Shown: positions 1 to 9,039, counted from the stretch's first letter. The stretch is DNA of 54,545 nt from an uncultured virus (IMG/VR IMGVR_UViG_2504643024_000001) (IMGVR_UViG_2504643024_000001), one strand, 5' to 3'. A program made the numbers and translations. Notes: generated from the sequence alone by a model not told the origin.

Positions 1-1050
1 TCATTTTGCCGGCTGGGCGATCGCACCGATACGACGATAAACGCGCTTGGTAATCTCCTGCTCAGAGTGGCCCAGAAGCAAACTCGCATCCGCGATGTCG
101 GTGATTTCCGAGGCTGCTTTTGGTCGGATATCCTTGAACTGGAACTGGCGGATCTTCTCTGCGTCATCAGTCCAGCCCTCTTTGACCGCCAGCGTTCGAG
201 CCGCTTCCCGGGCGCCATCCCATCGATTGCGCAGCATCTGCTGAGAAACGCGCATCCCTGACCTGCTGAGGATGAAGTGCTGCGAGCTGTGCTGTTTGTT
301 CCGTTCCATGATTTCCTCAATGAGAAGACCTAGGCTGTTTTTCACACCGCCGGCCTGCATCTGGATTCGAAGGCGCTTACTGGTTTTTCCTTGCTGCACT
401 GTCAAGTAATCCCCCTCGATGTCTCCACTCGTCATTGCGATAACGTCTGCCGGGCGCTGCCCTGTTAGATAGGCTAAGTCCATCGCGTCCTTCAGCTCCT
501 GCGGAGCCTGTCCATAAACCGCTGCCCAGACCATGTCGTTGGCGTAGTAGTCCCGGACCTTTTCCTTGTTTTTCCGAACGCCTGCGCATGGGTTCTCCCG
601 GTCGGTGAAGCCCCATTCCCGTGCCATGTTGAACACATGGGAGAGAAGGGCAATTTCTCTGTTCGCCCTGGTCTTGGCTATCCTCGCATCCCGATATTGC
701 GCAACCATGGATGGGGTGATTGCGTCGATTGGCGCGTCTTCAAACCCTTTGCGCAGGTGCTTGAGCTCAGCCTTGTTGTCCTTCTGCGTGCGCGGCGCCT
801 TCTTCGGGATGATGTCCCGCTCGTACCTGTCAAAAATCCCCATCATGATCTTCAGGTCGGCCGGCTTGGCCTTGGCTTCCAGTTCGGCCCATTTCAGCCT
901 TGCCTTGTCGAAGTCACTGCCAAGCGACAGCTCCTTGCCGTTCGCATCCCGGTAGTAGTACCCCACCCAAACAGTTCCGTTCTTTCGGGGTCGCTTACGC
1001 CGCACCATCCCTGGCGGCAAATCCCTATTTTCTGTCTTGCGCGGGCGCAT
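1..1050 (-). CDS. int: Tyrosine recombinase/phage integrase
   Basis: TGQRPADV (catalytic R), DIRPKAAS, LLGH and VY motifs; position at prophage end. Confidence 0.93.
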   Translation of the reverse strand: MRPRKTENRDLPPGMVRRKRPRKNGTVWVGYYYRDANGKELSLGSDFDKARLKWAELEAKAKPADLKIMMGIFDRYERDIIPKKAPRTQKDNKAELKHLRKGFEDAPIDAITPSMVAQYRDARIAKTRANREIALLSHVFNMAREWGFTDRENPCAGVRKNKEKVRDYYANDMVWAAVYGQAPQELKDAMDLAYLTGQRPADVIAMTSGDIEGDYLTVQQGKTSKRLRIQMQAGGVKNSLGLLIEEIMERNKQHSSQHFILSRSGMRVSQQMLRNRWDGAREAARTLAVKEGWTDDAEKIRQFQFKDIRPKAASEITDIADASLLLGHSEQEITKRVYRRIGAIAQPAK

Positions 1051-1051
1051 A

Positions 1052-1297
1052 TCAGTTCACTCTGGAGAAGTCAGGCGTCCAGGCCGGACGAGCCGGGGGT
1101 GGGTTTGGGTCTGCGATGGCAGGAGAAACCATGCCCAGCTTCATGCGGGCATACATTCGGCCAACGAGTGGGCGCTTGCCGCGGCTCTCGACAAACACCC
1201 ACTGTCGATCGATCAGCCATCGGCGCTGATAGGCCCGGGCTTTGTAACCGGTGATCTCCGCGAGCTCTTCGTCGGAGAGGATTTCAGCTTCCATCAT
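1052..1297 (-). CDS. Excisionase-like protein (DUF4224-like)
   Basis: Small ORF abutting int, LSDEELAEITGY motif. Confidence 0.75.
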   Translation of the reverse strand: MMEAEILSDEELAEITGYKARAYQRRWLIDRQWVFVESRGKRPLVGRMYARMKLGMVSPAIADPNPPPARPAWTPDFSRVN

Positions 1298-1617
1298 GGC
1301 TTTACCTCCTTGCCCATATCTCTGTCGATCTCCGCATCCCAGTCTTCAGGGAGCACGTTGTCCGCAAGGTGTCGAATCAGGCCGCCGTCGCTCCAAGTCG
1401 CCTTGAGGTGCAGGTATCGGTCTGAATTCTTGCGCAGCGCCTCTATCTCTGCCAGCTGGTGAATTTCTCGCTCGGTTGAGCGGGCGACTTCGGCCTTGAG
1501 CTTCTCCACCTCCTGCCAAAGCCGATCCGCCAGCGGGTCAAACCAGCCGGCCATCCTTTGCAAGCTGCGCATGTGCGCGGCAAGCTCGTCGGATGATTGC
1601 TCTCTGACGTAGGTCAT
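1294..1617 (-). CDS. Hypothetical phage protein
   Basis: ORF with RBS, 4-nt overlap with next gene. Confidence 0.6.
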   Translation of the reverse strand: MTYVREQSSDELAAHMRSLQRMAGWFDPLADRLWQEVEKLKAEVARSTEREIHQLAEIEALRKNSDRYLHLKATWSDGGLIRHLADNVLPEDWDAEIDRDMGKEVKP

Positions 1618-1626
1618 GACTTCTCC

Positions 1627-2256
1627 TCAGAATGGAATTTGGCAGTGATGCTTGAAGATGCAGCCAGCCTCGCCGCAGTCGTCGCATGGCTCATCGGATG
1701 GTGCGACGTGTTTTTCGGGCTCATGCGTCATGCTCATCCAGTCCGGCTTCTCGAAACTGATCTCTGTCAGCTCCCATCCCGGCCGGAAAAGGACATTGCC
1801 GCATTCATCACTTTCACCTTGATCGTGGCAGGCGTAATAGACGTACTCGCCAGGGCCATTGCTGAATTCGTGCTCGCCCTTCAATTCCTCTTCAATCTCG
1901 GCCAGGGCGTCTACCGTTACCTCGCCGTTTACAGCGCAGATGAACGCGTCATCGTCATCGCCTGCATTCCAAACCCTGACCACTAAATCCTTTCTAGGCC
2001 GGAACATCACCACGCTCGCCACCCCATCCCTGAGCCGCAGCGGTGTCATGTCGGCAGCTGTGTAGCCTGAAGGCATTGATTCGCGGGAGGCTTGCCATGC
2101 CAAGCAGGCCAGTCTGAGCATCGGGTCTGCAAAGCTGCCATCCTGACGCACCCAATCCAGATTCTTCTGTGCCTGAGGCCTGACGCTCTCGCCGTATGAT
2201 TGAGTAACCTCGGCCAGATACCAGGCGGAAAACTCTTCGCGCATCTGATCGCTCAT
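1627..2256 (-). CDS. Hypothetical phage protein
   Basis: Operonic ORF; start MSDQ overlaps upstream stop. Confidence 0.6.
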   Translation of the reverse strand: MSDQMREEFSAWYLAEVTQSYGESVRPQAQKNLDWVRQDGSFADPMLRLACLAWQASRESMPSGYTAADMTPLRLRDGVASVVMFRPRKDLVVRVWNAGDDDDAFICAVNGEVTVDALAEIEEELKGEHEFSNGPGEYVYYACHDQGESDECGNVLFRPGWELTEISFEKPDWMSMTHEPEKHVAPSDEPCDDCGEAGCIFKHHCQIPF

Positions 2257-2462
2257 ACCTTCCTCCATGCCGCAGCCGACACCCGCGCCCAGCGCTCGGT
2301 CGTGACGATGATGAAGTTGCGAATCCCGGTCAGCACCGGGTGCATCTCGCCGTCGAACTCGACGAACTGGCCGGTCTTGCGGTGTTCTGGCTGGCGGTCG
2401 ATGACGTCGAGCAGCTTGCCGACGCCACCGCCTGGGCGTCTTTCATGGATGTCAAAGTTCAT
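2253..2462 (-). CDS. Hypothetical phage protein
   Basis: GGAGG RBS, coupled overlaps. Confidence 0.55.
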   Translation of the reverse strand: MNFDIHERRPGGGVGKLLDVIDRQPEHRKTGQFVEFDGEMHPVLTGIRNFIIVTTERWARVSAAAWRKV

Positions 2463-2848
2463 GGCTTCCTCCACTTAAATGGCAGATCCGCTGGCGGGAA
2501 GAACAGGTGGCGCATGTTCGCGACGTTCACGATGTCGCGATCAGCCGGGAAGACTTCCACGGCATCCCGATCGCCTCGACCGCATTCACGCTTGAGCCGC
2601 ATCAGTTCGTCCCACGTCACTTGGTCAACCCAGCTATCACCGTTGTGCGCCGACCGGCAGACGCTCATGCGTTGGTAATCGTTCAGCTCGGTGTAGATCT
2701 GCACTAGGAAGTGTCGCGATCGCCATACCTCGACCAGGTCAGGCGGCCTGAAGTTCTCCCATTGATCTGCTGGAACCTGCTGAAGGTACGGTGGCAGCTT
2801 GGCGTTTACTTTCTCCAGCGCCCGGCGCTGTTGTCTGGATGGACTCAT
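2459..2848 (-). CDS. Hypothetical phage protein
   Basis: Operonic ORF, 129 aa. Confidence 0.65.
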   Translation of the reverse strand: MSPSRQQRRALEKVNAKLPPYLQQVPADQWENFRPPDLVEVWRSRHFLVQIYTELNDYQRMSVCRSAHNGDSWVDQVTWDELMRLKRECGRGDRDAVEVFPADRDIVNVANMRHLFFPPADLPFKWRKP

Positions 2849-2894
2849 CGCCGTGGCCCTGTGTAGATGAGCCAGGCCATGTAGGCGAGGGCGA

Positions 2895-3332
2895 TCATGG
2901 GGTCACCTGCTGGCCGAGGTCAGCCAGCGCAAACACGATGCCGCGGCAGTAGTGATCCTCATCGTCCATCACATCAAAGGTGGAGTGCGGGATATCAGTT
3001 GAGTAGGTCCAGGAGTAGCCGTCCTCTCTGCACCAGAGCGCTTCGATCTTCATGGCGGTAGCTTTGCGCTTGAAGAACGATTCAAGCTCGTCGTCTTCCT
3101 CGATGTTCTCCCGATCTGGCAGCAATCCTTCTGCATCGACCAGTGCGGTGCCGCCGTTGTAGCAGCTGAACTCATCACGGATGGCACCTTCGAACTCCAT
3201 CAGGTCGTCGCTGGCGCCGAACACGATTACCAGTCCGGCAGCCTTTGCTGCTTCGATATGGTCCTTGGTGATGTTGCGATGTGCTGGGTATTGAATACCG
3301 CTCAACTGTGTTGCGAGCTGTTCTTTGGTCAT
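2895..3332 (-). CDS. Conserved hypothetical phage protein
   Basis: ORF with RBS; GASDDLMEF motif typical of phage early genes. Confidence 0.7.
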   Translation of the reverse strand: MTKEQLATQLSGIQYPAHRNITKDHIEAAKAAGLVIVFGASDDLMEFEGAIRDEFSCYNGGTALVDAEGLLPDRENIEEDDELESFFKRKATAMKIEALWCREDGYSWTYSTDIPHSTFDVMDDEDHYCRGIVFALADLGQQVTP

Positions 3333-3409
3333 GACAAAGCTCCGCCAGGCCGCTATAGCGGCTGACTTTGAAGGGGGAGGGAGTTACTGCGGAGTTGAGA
3401 GCAGGTCGG

Positions 3410-4198
3410 TCAGCTGTTCGCGATGGATGGATTCAGCTCCTTGACCTTGTCGAGGCTGTCTTCGCCCTGTTGAGTGATTTCCCACAATGCCGGGCTGCGT
3501 TGAACTCGATTCAGCAGGCCTAGCTGGGTAAGCAGGTCAAACCAGTGGCGGCCAATATCTGCGCCCTGACCGTCATCGCAACACTCTTGAAACCGCTGCA
3601 ACTTGCGGATCACTTTGTCAGCGAACGGCAGCACCACCGATACCGGCGCGGGCTGCGAGGTGTAGAGCGGCGTCTCAACCTTGCAGCAGATGTCGAAAGA
3701 CTTGCCGCATTCATCCTTGGTTAGTACGGTTCCGTCTGCGTATAGCACAGCCACCGGCTCACCCTTCAGCCGCTCAATCTCGGCGCGCAGGGTGCTGCAT
3801 TGGCGCAAAGCAGCATCACGCCCTCTGCGCATCACATCTACCTCGTCATGCAATCGCTCGTTCTCCGCCGTCAGCTGTGCGATGGTGGCTTGCAGTTCGG
3901 CGAGTTCGGGCGGGGCGGGATGCTCTGCGCGACCATACTTCAGAAAGTTGCAAACATCAGATACCCACTCGTTCCGCATGTATTCGTTCGGCATCCAATT
4001 GGATTCGTCGGCAGCCTTTTGGATGGTTTCCCAATCGACTGCATCAAGGTCAATGACATTGGGCTGGCGCTCGACGACAGGGGCGGCTATCAATGCATCA
4101 AGCTCTTTTGCTGCTCCGGTTTTCTCGGCGTCATGCATGTACAGGACGTGAGCAAGCCTCTCTGCCAGCTCCCGCGACACTTCAATTTTACTGCTCAT
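3410..4198 (-). CDS. Mosaic coiled-coil early protein
   Basis: 262 aa ORF, coiled-coil middle section. Confidence 0.65.
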   Translation of the reverse strand: MSSKIEVSRELAERLAHVLYMHDAEKTGAAKELDALIAAPVVERQPNVIDLDAVDWETIQKAADESNWMPNEYMRNEWVSDVCNFLKYGRAEHPAPPELAELQATIAQLTAENERLHDEVDVMRRGRDAALRQCSTLRAEIERLKGEPVAVLYADGTVLTKDECGKSFDICCKVETPLYTSQPAPVSVVLPFADKVIRKLQRFQECCDDGQGADIGRHWFDLLTQLGLLNRVQRSPALWEITQQGEDSLDKVKELNPSIANS

Positions 4199-4440
4199 TC
4201 GCTTGCTCCTACTGACTTCGGCTCAAGGCGCGCAAGACGCTCACGCAGGCTATTAATCTCGTCTTGGTACTGGTCAGCCAAGGTTGTCAGGTCATTGAAG
4301 TTAACCCAGTGGCCGTGTTTTTCTGGGACACGAATAACGCTGCCTTTTTCATCTTCGCCACCACGCCAAAAGTTGAAGCGTGGCAATTCGTGGACCTTAT
4401 CCCAAAGGTCAAAGCCTTCACGCGTTTTTATGTTTCTCAT
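4195..4440 (-). CDS. Hypothetical phage protein
   Basis: 81 aa, bounded by 16-nt junction repeats. Confidence 0.6.
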   Translation of the reverse strand: MRNIKTREGFDLWDKVHELPRFNFWRGGEDEKGSVIRVPEKHGHWVNFNDLTTLADQYQDEINSLRERLARLEPKSVGASE

Positions 4441-5096
4441 TCGCTTGCTCCCGATTCTTCATAGCCTGACCCTTTGCAGGCATAACATGTTCCGCCTATG
4501 GGCATACCATTACTGTAAGCCTGCCCAGTTCCGAAGCAGGCTGAACATTTGTCTTCACTTGCTCCTGATTCGGTGGGCTTAGTCAGTGCGTTTATCGACT
4601 TGACCACATTCAGAATGTGCTGGGCCTGAGTTTCCATAGTCTGATCAGACTTGTTTTGTTGGCATGTCGAATCAGAATCCGCTTGCTGCCAATAAACCTG
4701 ACCGAGACTGAATGACCGTCTAAGAGCGCTTTCAACCATGGCGACGATCTCGGTATTACAGGCTGCATTCCGCTGCTCGGCGGCTGTCAGGCGATGTTGC
4801 AGGTTGTCTCGGCTGGCTTTGAATTCGTTTCGCGCACGTTTGCTATTGCTGGCCGCCTCTCCAGCTATGGCACGAACACTTGCCAGCTCTTCCCGCAGCG
4901 CATCACGCTCTTCCTTGAATCGCTGACCTTCTTTATGCTTGCCGTGTACTGAGTTGGAGTTGATCTCAACGTAACGCTTTTGGCGCTCAAGCTCTTCCCG
5001 CAGCGCAGCCTCGCGGGCCAGGGCGGCGTCATAATCAGATGCTTTGACCCACTCAATTCCGTCGTCACATATCTTGAATCGCTTCACTTCGCTCAT
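4437..5096 (-). CDS. Coiled-coil protein with C-terminal CxxCxGxG zinc-finger pair
   Basis: CSACFGTG...CYACKGSG at the C-terminus. Confidence 0.65.
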   Translation of the reverse strand: MSEVKRFKICDDGIEWVKASDYDAALAREAALREELERQKRYVEINSNSVHGKHKEGQRFKEERDALREELASVRAIAGEAASNSKRARNEFKASRDNLQHRLTAAEQRNAACNTEIVAMVESALRRSFSLGQVYWQQADSDSTCQQNKSDQTMETQAQHILNVVKSINALTKPTESGASEDKCSACFGTGQAYSNGMPIGGTCYACKGSGYEESGASE

Positions 5097-5124
5097 CCTG
5101 CAATCTCCATCGATACCAGATCAT

Positions 5125-6087
5125 TCACGGCGGCCCCGTGCGGCTCTTTGCGTCCAGCCAGGAACGACATGACAAGAGGGGCAACGGTTGCAGGATGGTC
5201 TTCGTCGGGTTCAGCTTTGCGCCAAGGTAGGGCAGGAACGCTTCAACCTCTGTCAGCCAGGCGTTGAGCTGTTGCGGTGATTCATGCAGAAACACGAAGT
5301 CGTCGACGTAGCGAACGTAATGCTTGGCGCCGAGCTTGTGCTTGGCGAACTGGTCCAGCGCGTCGAGGTACACGTTGGCAAAGAATTGCGATGACAGGTT
5401 GCCGATCGGCAGACCGAGGCGTGCCGGCTGCGCGGTGAGGCGTTTGTGCTGCGGTACCCGGTTGAACAGATGGGCCGGGCTGCGCACTTCATAGTCTTCG
5501 CGAGGGTCGTGCATCAGGATCTGTTCGGCGAGTGCCAACCACCAAGGTTCGGTGATCTTGGCGGCCAACTGCTTGCGCAGGACCTCTTTGTCGATCGCAA
5601 CGAAGAAGTTGGCCAGGTCGCACTTCAGGTAGAAAATCGGCTTCGACCAGTTTTGACTGGCGCTGCGGATTTTTGCCTCAAGCCGTTTAGCAGCGTACAG
5701 CGTGCCGCGCTCTGGGATGCAGGCGCAACTGTCCGCTATGAAGCTGGCGTAGAAGCGCGGTGCCACACGGTTGTACAGCAGGTGGTGGACGACGCGGTCC
5801 CTGAACGCTGCCGCCCAAACCTCGCGGGCTTTCGGGCGGGTGACCACGAAGCATATCGAACGGCCTGGCCGGTAGGTGCCGGCGATCAGGTCGTCGTGTA
5901 GACCGATCAGGTTCTTCTCCAGGTCCATCTCGAAAGCCAGTGCACTGGCGCTGTTGCGCTTCGTGCGGCGGCAGTCGTAATAAGCCTGAACAAGCTCGCT
6001 GAACGGGTAGGGACCAACATTCGAATCTGCGGACGGGGCGGACGCGGAGCTCGTTGTTCTTGTCGTTGTTGTTGGAGTTGCCATCAT
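5125..6087 (-). CDS. DGR reverse transcriptase, apparently C-terminally truncated
   Basis: FRDRVVHH, LKCDLANFF, GLPIGNLSSQFFAN and YVRYVDD motifs; adjacent TR and avd; no G(I/V)DFxG motif after KTILQP. Confidence 0.93.
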   Translation of the reverse strand: MMATPTTTTRTTSSASAPSADSNVGPYPFSELVQAYYDCRRTKRNSASALAFEMDLEKNLIGLHDDLIAGTYRPGRSICFVVTRPKAREVWAAAFRDRVVHHLLYNRVAPRFYASFIADSCACIPERGTLYAAKRLEAKIRSASQNWSKPIFYLKCDLANFFVAIDKEVLRKQLAAKITEPWWLALAEQILMHDPREDYEVRSPAHLFNRVPQHKRLTAQPARLGLPIGNLSSQFFANVYLDALDQFAKHKLGAKHYVRYVDDFVFLHESPQQLNAWLTEVEAFLPYLGAKLNPTKTILQPLPLLSCRSWLDAKSRTGPP

Positions 6088-6127
6088 CGAAGTTCATGTT
6101 GAATGCGTTGTTGGCGGAGCGCTGCGA
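6023..6127 (-). repeat. DGR template repeat (TR)
   Basis: 105 nt with 10 AAC codons and 31 adenines; matches three VRs with A-specific mismatches; lies between avd and RT. Confidence 0.96.
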
Positions 6128-6298
6128 CCTATCGTGCTATCTACGTCGCCAAGCCGAAGGCAGGGCCGATCAGCGAGGAAACTACGCGAGACCTGCACGG
6201 ACGCTTTAGACCGTCGGTATCTCTGATGCGTATGGCGGTGACCCAGAGGTCAGCGGCACGACCAGATTCAATTCGCACAGACCTGAAAGCCGTGACTC

Positions 6299-6655
6299 TC
6301 AGGTGGCGGGCGCGGTTGGGGTGGAGCGTTTCCAGGCATTGGCCTGTTTGCCGATTGAGGTGGTGACCTCGATCGCGGTGGCGTGCTGCCCGACACTGAT
6401 GAACCGGCTCTCTTTGAAAAGCCGCATCAGGAACTCGATCACCTGGACCTTCTCAACCAGCAAGGTCAGGTGTGGGCGCTTGTCCCGGGTCGAGTTAGCC
6501 CGGGCAATCAACATCAGCACGTCGATGCACTCATCGATGACTCGCTTTCCGAGAGACTGCTTGAGATCTCGGGGTATGTTGCGAGTGAGGTTCGTGGCCA
6601 TCTGAAGCAGGCCGAGCGAAGCCTTATAGATGCTCAAATCCGTGTGCATCGCCAT
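6299..6655 (-). CDS. avd: DGR accessory variability determinant (four-helix bundle)
   Basis: 118 aa basic helical protein (L..Y....L, IGKQANAW) between target and TR. Confidence 0.88.
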   Translation of the reverse strand: MAMHTDLSIYKASLGLLQMATNLTRNIPRDLKQSLGKRVIDECIDVLMLIARANSTRDKRPHLTLLVEKVQVIEFLMRLFKESRFISVGQHATAIEVTTSIGKQANAWKRSTPTAPAT

Positions 6656-6676
6656 TCGGCAGCTCTCCAAGAGCAA

Positions 6677-6694
6677 CCGGCCGCAAGCGGCCGG
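6677..6694. other. GC-rich hairpin downstream of VR1 (candidate DGR homing cruciform)
   Basis: CCGGCCGC-AA-GCGGCCGG perfect inverted repeat 14 nt past the target 1 stop. Confidence 0.75.
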
Positions 6695-6708
6695 ATTAAA
6701 TAAGCGAA

Positions 6709-7329
6709 TTAATCAATCAATTGACTGCGGACGGGGCGGACGCGGAGCTCGTAGCTCTTGCCGCTGGTGTCGGAGTAGCCATCATCGAAGAGCATGAGGA
6801 ATGCGTAGTCGGCGGAGCGCTGCGAAGATGACCAGTACCAGGTTGGTTTAAAGGCTTCAGCGCCACCAGCCTGGAAGGCTTCCATCGTGGTCTGGGCTGG
6901 CGAGTCTTCAGTGTGAAGCAGCCCCACAGGCTCGCTGTTCGGGTTGTCACCGCTGCGACCGTACTGCCAGTTCGTTTCGGTTGTCGGCTTGAAGAGGCGG
7001 TATTGCAGCTCTTGCACGTCTCGGGCCGGGATCGCCCAGTCGGTGAAGCCGCCGATATCCAGAGCTAGCACTTGCTGTGCTAGTTCGCTGCCAGCGGCCG
7101 CCATCGCTTCGGTGTTGGCGCGGCTGCTGGTGAAGCTGTTAGCACCCTCGATCTTTTCGCCGTACTCGCCCCAGGCACCGCTCAGTTCGTGCGCGGCGCC
7201 GGCGGTGATGTTCAGGTAGCGCTTGCCGGTGTCCGGGTCACGGGTGATACCAGAGAAGAAGCCGCCGCCGTAGGCTTGGCCGATTTCCGGGATAGTTATT
7301 GCTGGCGCTGCTTGCTGTGCTGCTGACAT
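6709..7329 (-). CDS. DGR target 1, C-type-lectin-like (DUF1566-like) protein
   Basis: C-terminal VR; YWSSS...RVRPVR motif. Confidence 0.9.
   Translation of the reverse strand: MSAAQQAAPAITIPEIGQAYGGGFFSGITRDPDTGKRYLNITAGAAHELSGAWGEYGEKIEGANSFTSSRANTEAMAAAGSELAQQVLALDIGGFTDWAIPARDVQELQYRLFKPTTETNWQYGRSGDNPNSEPVGLLHTEDSPAQTTMEAFQAGGAEAFKPTWYWSSSQRSADYAFLMLFDDGYSDTSGKSYELRVRPVRSQLID
6725..6825 (-). repeat. DGR variable repeat VR1
   Basis: 13 mismatches to TR, all at TR adenines. Confidence 0.96.
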
Positions 7330-7354
7330 GGTCTTTCCTCTTTTCGAAGGCAAC

Positions 7355-7374
7355 AAAAAAGGCGCTGCTGCGCC
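7355..7374 (-). terminator. Short hairpin plus U-tract downstream of target 2 (terminator or VR2 homing hairpin)
   Basis: GGCGC-AGCA-GCGCC-TTTTTT on the minus strand. Confidence 0.45.
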
Positions 7375-7414
7375 CGGTGCCGATCAAGAACGAATGATTG
7401 AAGGATTAAATAAA

Positions 7415-7519
7415 GAATCTGCGGACGGGGCGGACGCGGAGCTCGTTGCCCTTGTCGTTGTAGGTCTGAGTGCCATCAGCGAAGGTCATGCCGAATGCGA
7501 AGCTGGCGGAGCGCTGCGA
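7415..7519 (-). repeat. DGR variable repeat VR2
   Basis: 12 mismatches at TR adenines plus 4 contiguous non-adenine mismatches. Confidence 0.92.
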
Positions 7520-7869
7520 ACTCGACCAGTAGCAATCCTTCGCGAACAGTTCCGGCACGTTCACCCAGCAGTGGTACAGCTCGGCACAGGCTGGCAGGTA
7601 GAAGTCGTGATGACCGTCTGCCTGGTGTTCGGCGCATGCATCTGCTGCTGGATACTTTCTCTCGTCATCGTTGCCAATCAGTACCTGCGTGTTGCTATAG
7701 CCGTCGGTCTTGCTGAGGCCTTCCACCTCAACTCCACGGCCACCCCACTCAAGACTGCCGACATCCTTGGCTGCGATGATCAGGTAGTGCGCCGGCACAT
7801 CGCCACGAGTCGCTACCAGACCTCCGTTGAAACCACCTTGGCCGGGCCACTCAGCGCCGAGCGCCGGGA

Positions 7870-7919
7870 TGTTGGTTGGTGCGATTGGCTGGACTGTTGG
7901 TTGGTGCGATTGGCTGGAC
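7870..7919. repeat. Perfect 2 x 25-bp tandem duplication
   Basis: tgttggttggtgcgattggctggac at 7870-7894 and 7895-7919. Confidence 0.97.
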
Positions 7920-8067
7920 ATTCGCAGCTGGCGGTAGCACCAGGGCAAACGTACTGGCCAGCGCCAGTTTTGCCAGTTGTGACGCGGGCATCTTGATCGT
8001 GGTGTCGCCGTGCTTGAGGGTGATCATTTCAGGTTTCATCGTGATACCTCTTTATGTGAAGTTGAAG

Positions 8068-8378
8068 TTATTCGTCGTGGCAGATGCGCAGAGCCTCTCG
8101 GTTGTAGGCGAGCTCCAATTTGCGCGACACGTTTTCGGGTATTGCGTAATTGTGTCGCGGAGGTGCGAAGAATGGCGCTGAACCCTGCGGTCCGAGGGCA
8201 TGCAGATGATGTAGGGCCAAGGTCATTGCCTCGCCTTGCTCATCGATCTGGTGCCACTCCATCAAGTCGGCCAACACCTGCCGGGACCGGCCATGGCATG
8301 CATTCGCAACTCTTCCTCGCCGCGAGTCTTTCGTCTCGCCGCAGCCTTGGCTGAGCGGTCTTTCGGTTCGGCAGCCAT
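8068..8378 (-). pseudogene. Phage hypothetical protein with a 1-nt frameshift near 8286
   Basis: RBS and ATG at 8378 (MAAEPKDRSAKAAARRK...) run out of frame with ORF 8068-8277; total span 311 nt. Confidence 0.65.
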
Positions 8379-8387
8379 CGTCAACTC

Positions 8388-9026
8388 CTATCGCTTTGGC
8401 TCTTTCGCGAAAAAGGCCGGCTGAGGGCCGCTGCTAGCCTTCGGATAGTCAATATCGAACTTTGCCAGTAGCCGCTCGAAGTTTTTGGCGGTGGATTGGA
8501 TGCTTTCTCGCGCCTTATTTCTGCTGAATCCGAGTGCTTTGAACTCCTTGATCATCTCGGCGTTCTTGGCGTCCCGCTCATCATCAACAATCTTTCCGCC
8601 CTTGTTGGCCCGGGTATGTGCTGGCTGGAACTTGAAGTCACCCTTCTTGGCAATCCTGTTCAGCTCGCGGAGCGGAATCCCTGTGCACAGAACTGCTTGT
8701 GCGTAGGTCATGGTCTCAGCCAGGCAACGGATATGTTCCACCTGTTCAGCCTTAGCCTGTTCGCGCATTGCCGCCCGCTCTTCGCGCTCGATGTCGCGCT
8801 GAGCCAGCTTGTCGAGCCATTTAGGCTCAACTGCTTTCTGGACTGGCTTGACCTTCTTGCGTGGTGGCGGCTCATGGCGAATCGGCGGAGGGATGAAGTT
8901 CGGCCCTTGCAATACCTCAATAGTCCCTCCTTTGTTCAAGAAGGCTTCCTGAAGTAGGGCCAGTTCGTGGCGTTGAGGGTCGAGCATCTGGATCATGGAA
9001 AGCTCAGTGCTGACGTATGCGTTCAT
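8388..9026 (-). CDS. Hypothetical phage protein
   Basis: 212 aa operonic ORF; AFLNKGGTIEVL motif. Confidence 0.7.
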   Translation of the reverse strand: MNAYVSTELSMIQMLDPQRHELALLQEAFLNKGGTIEVLQGPNFIPPPIRHEPPPRKKVKPVQKAVEPKWLDKLAQRDIEREERAAMREQAKAEQVEHIRCLAETMTYAQAVLCTGIPLRELNRIAKKGDFKFQPAHTRANKGGKIVDDERDAKNAEMIKEFKALGFSRNKARESIQSTAKNFERLLAKFDIDYPKASSGPQPAFFAKEPKR

Positions 9027-9039
9027 GCTGCTTTACCTC

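Larger units (their letters stand above)
7406..8039 (-). pseudogene. DGR target 2, DUF1566-like, frameshifted by a 25-bp tandem duplication
   Basis: ORFs 7851-8039 and 7406-7948 join into a 202-aa paralog of target 3 if one copy of 7870-7919 is removed. Confidence 0.88.

Noticed and set aside
5687..6097. 136-aa ORF beginning MNFDDGNSNNNDKNNELRVRPVRR as a fourth DGR target
   Set aside because: It is the TR read in the target frame running into RT sequence; it lacks the N-terminal target domain
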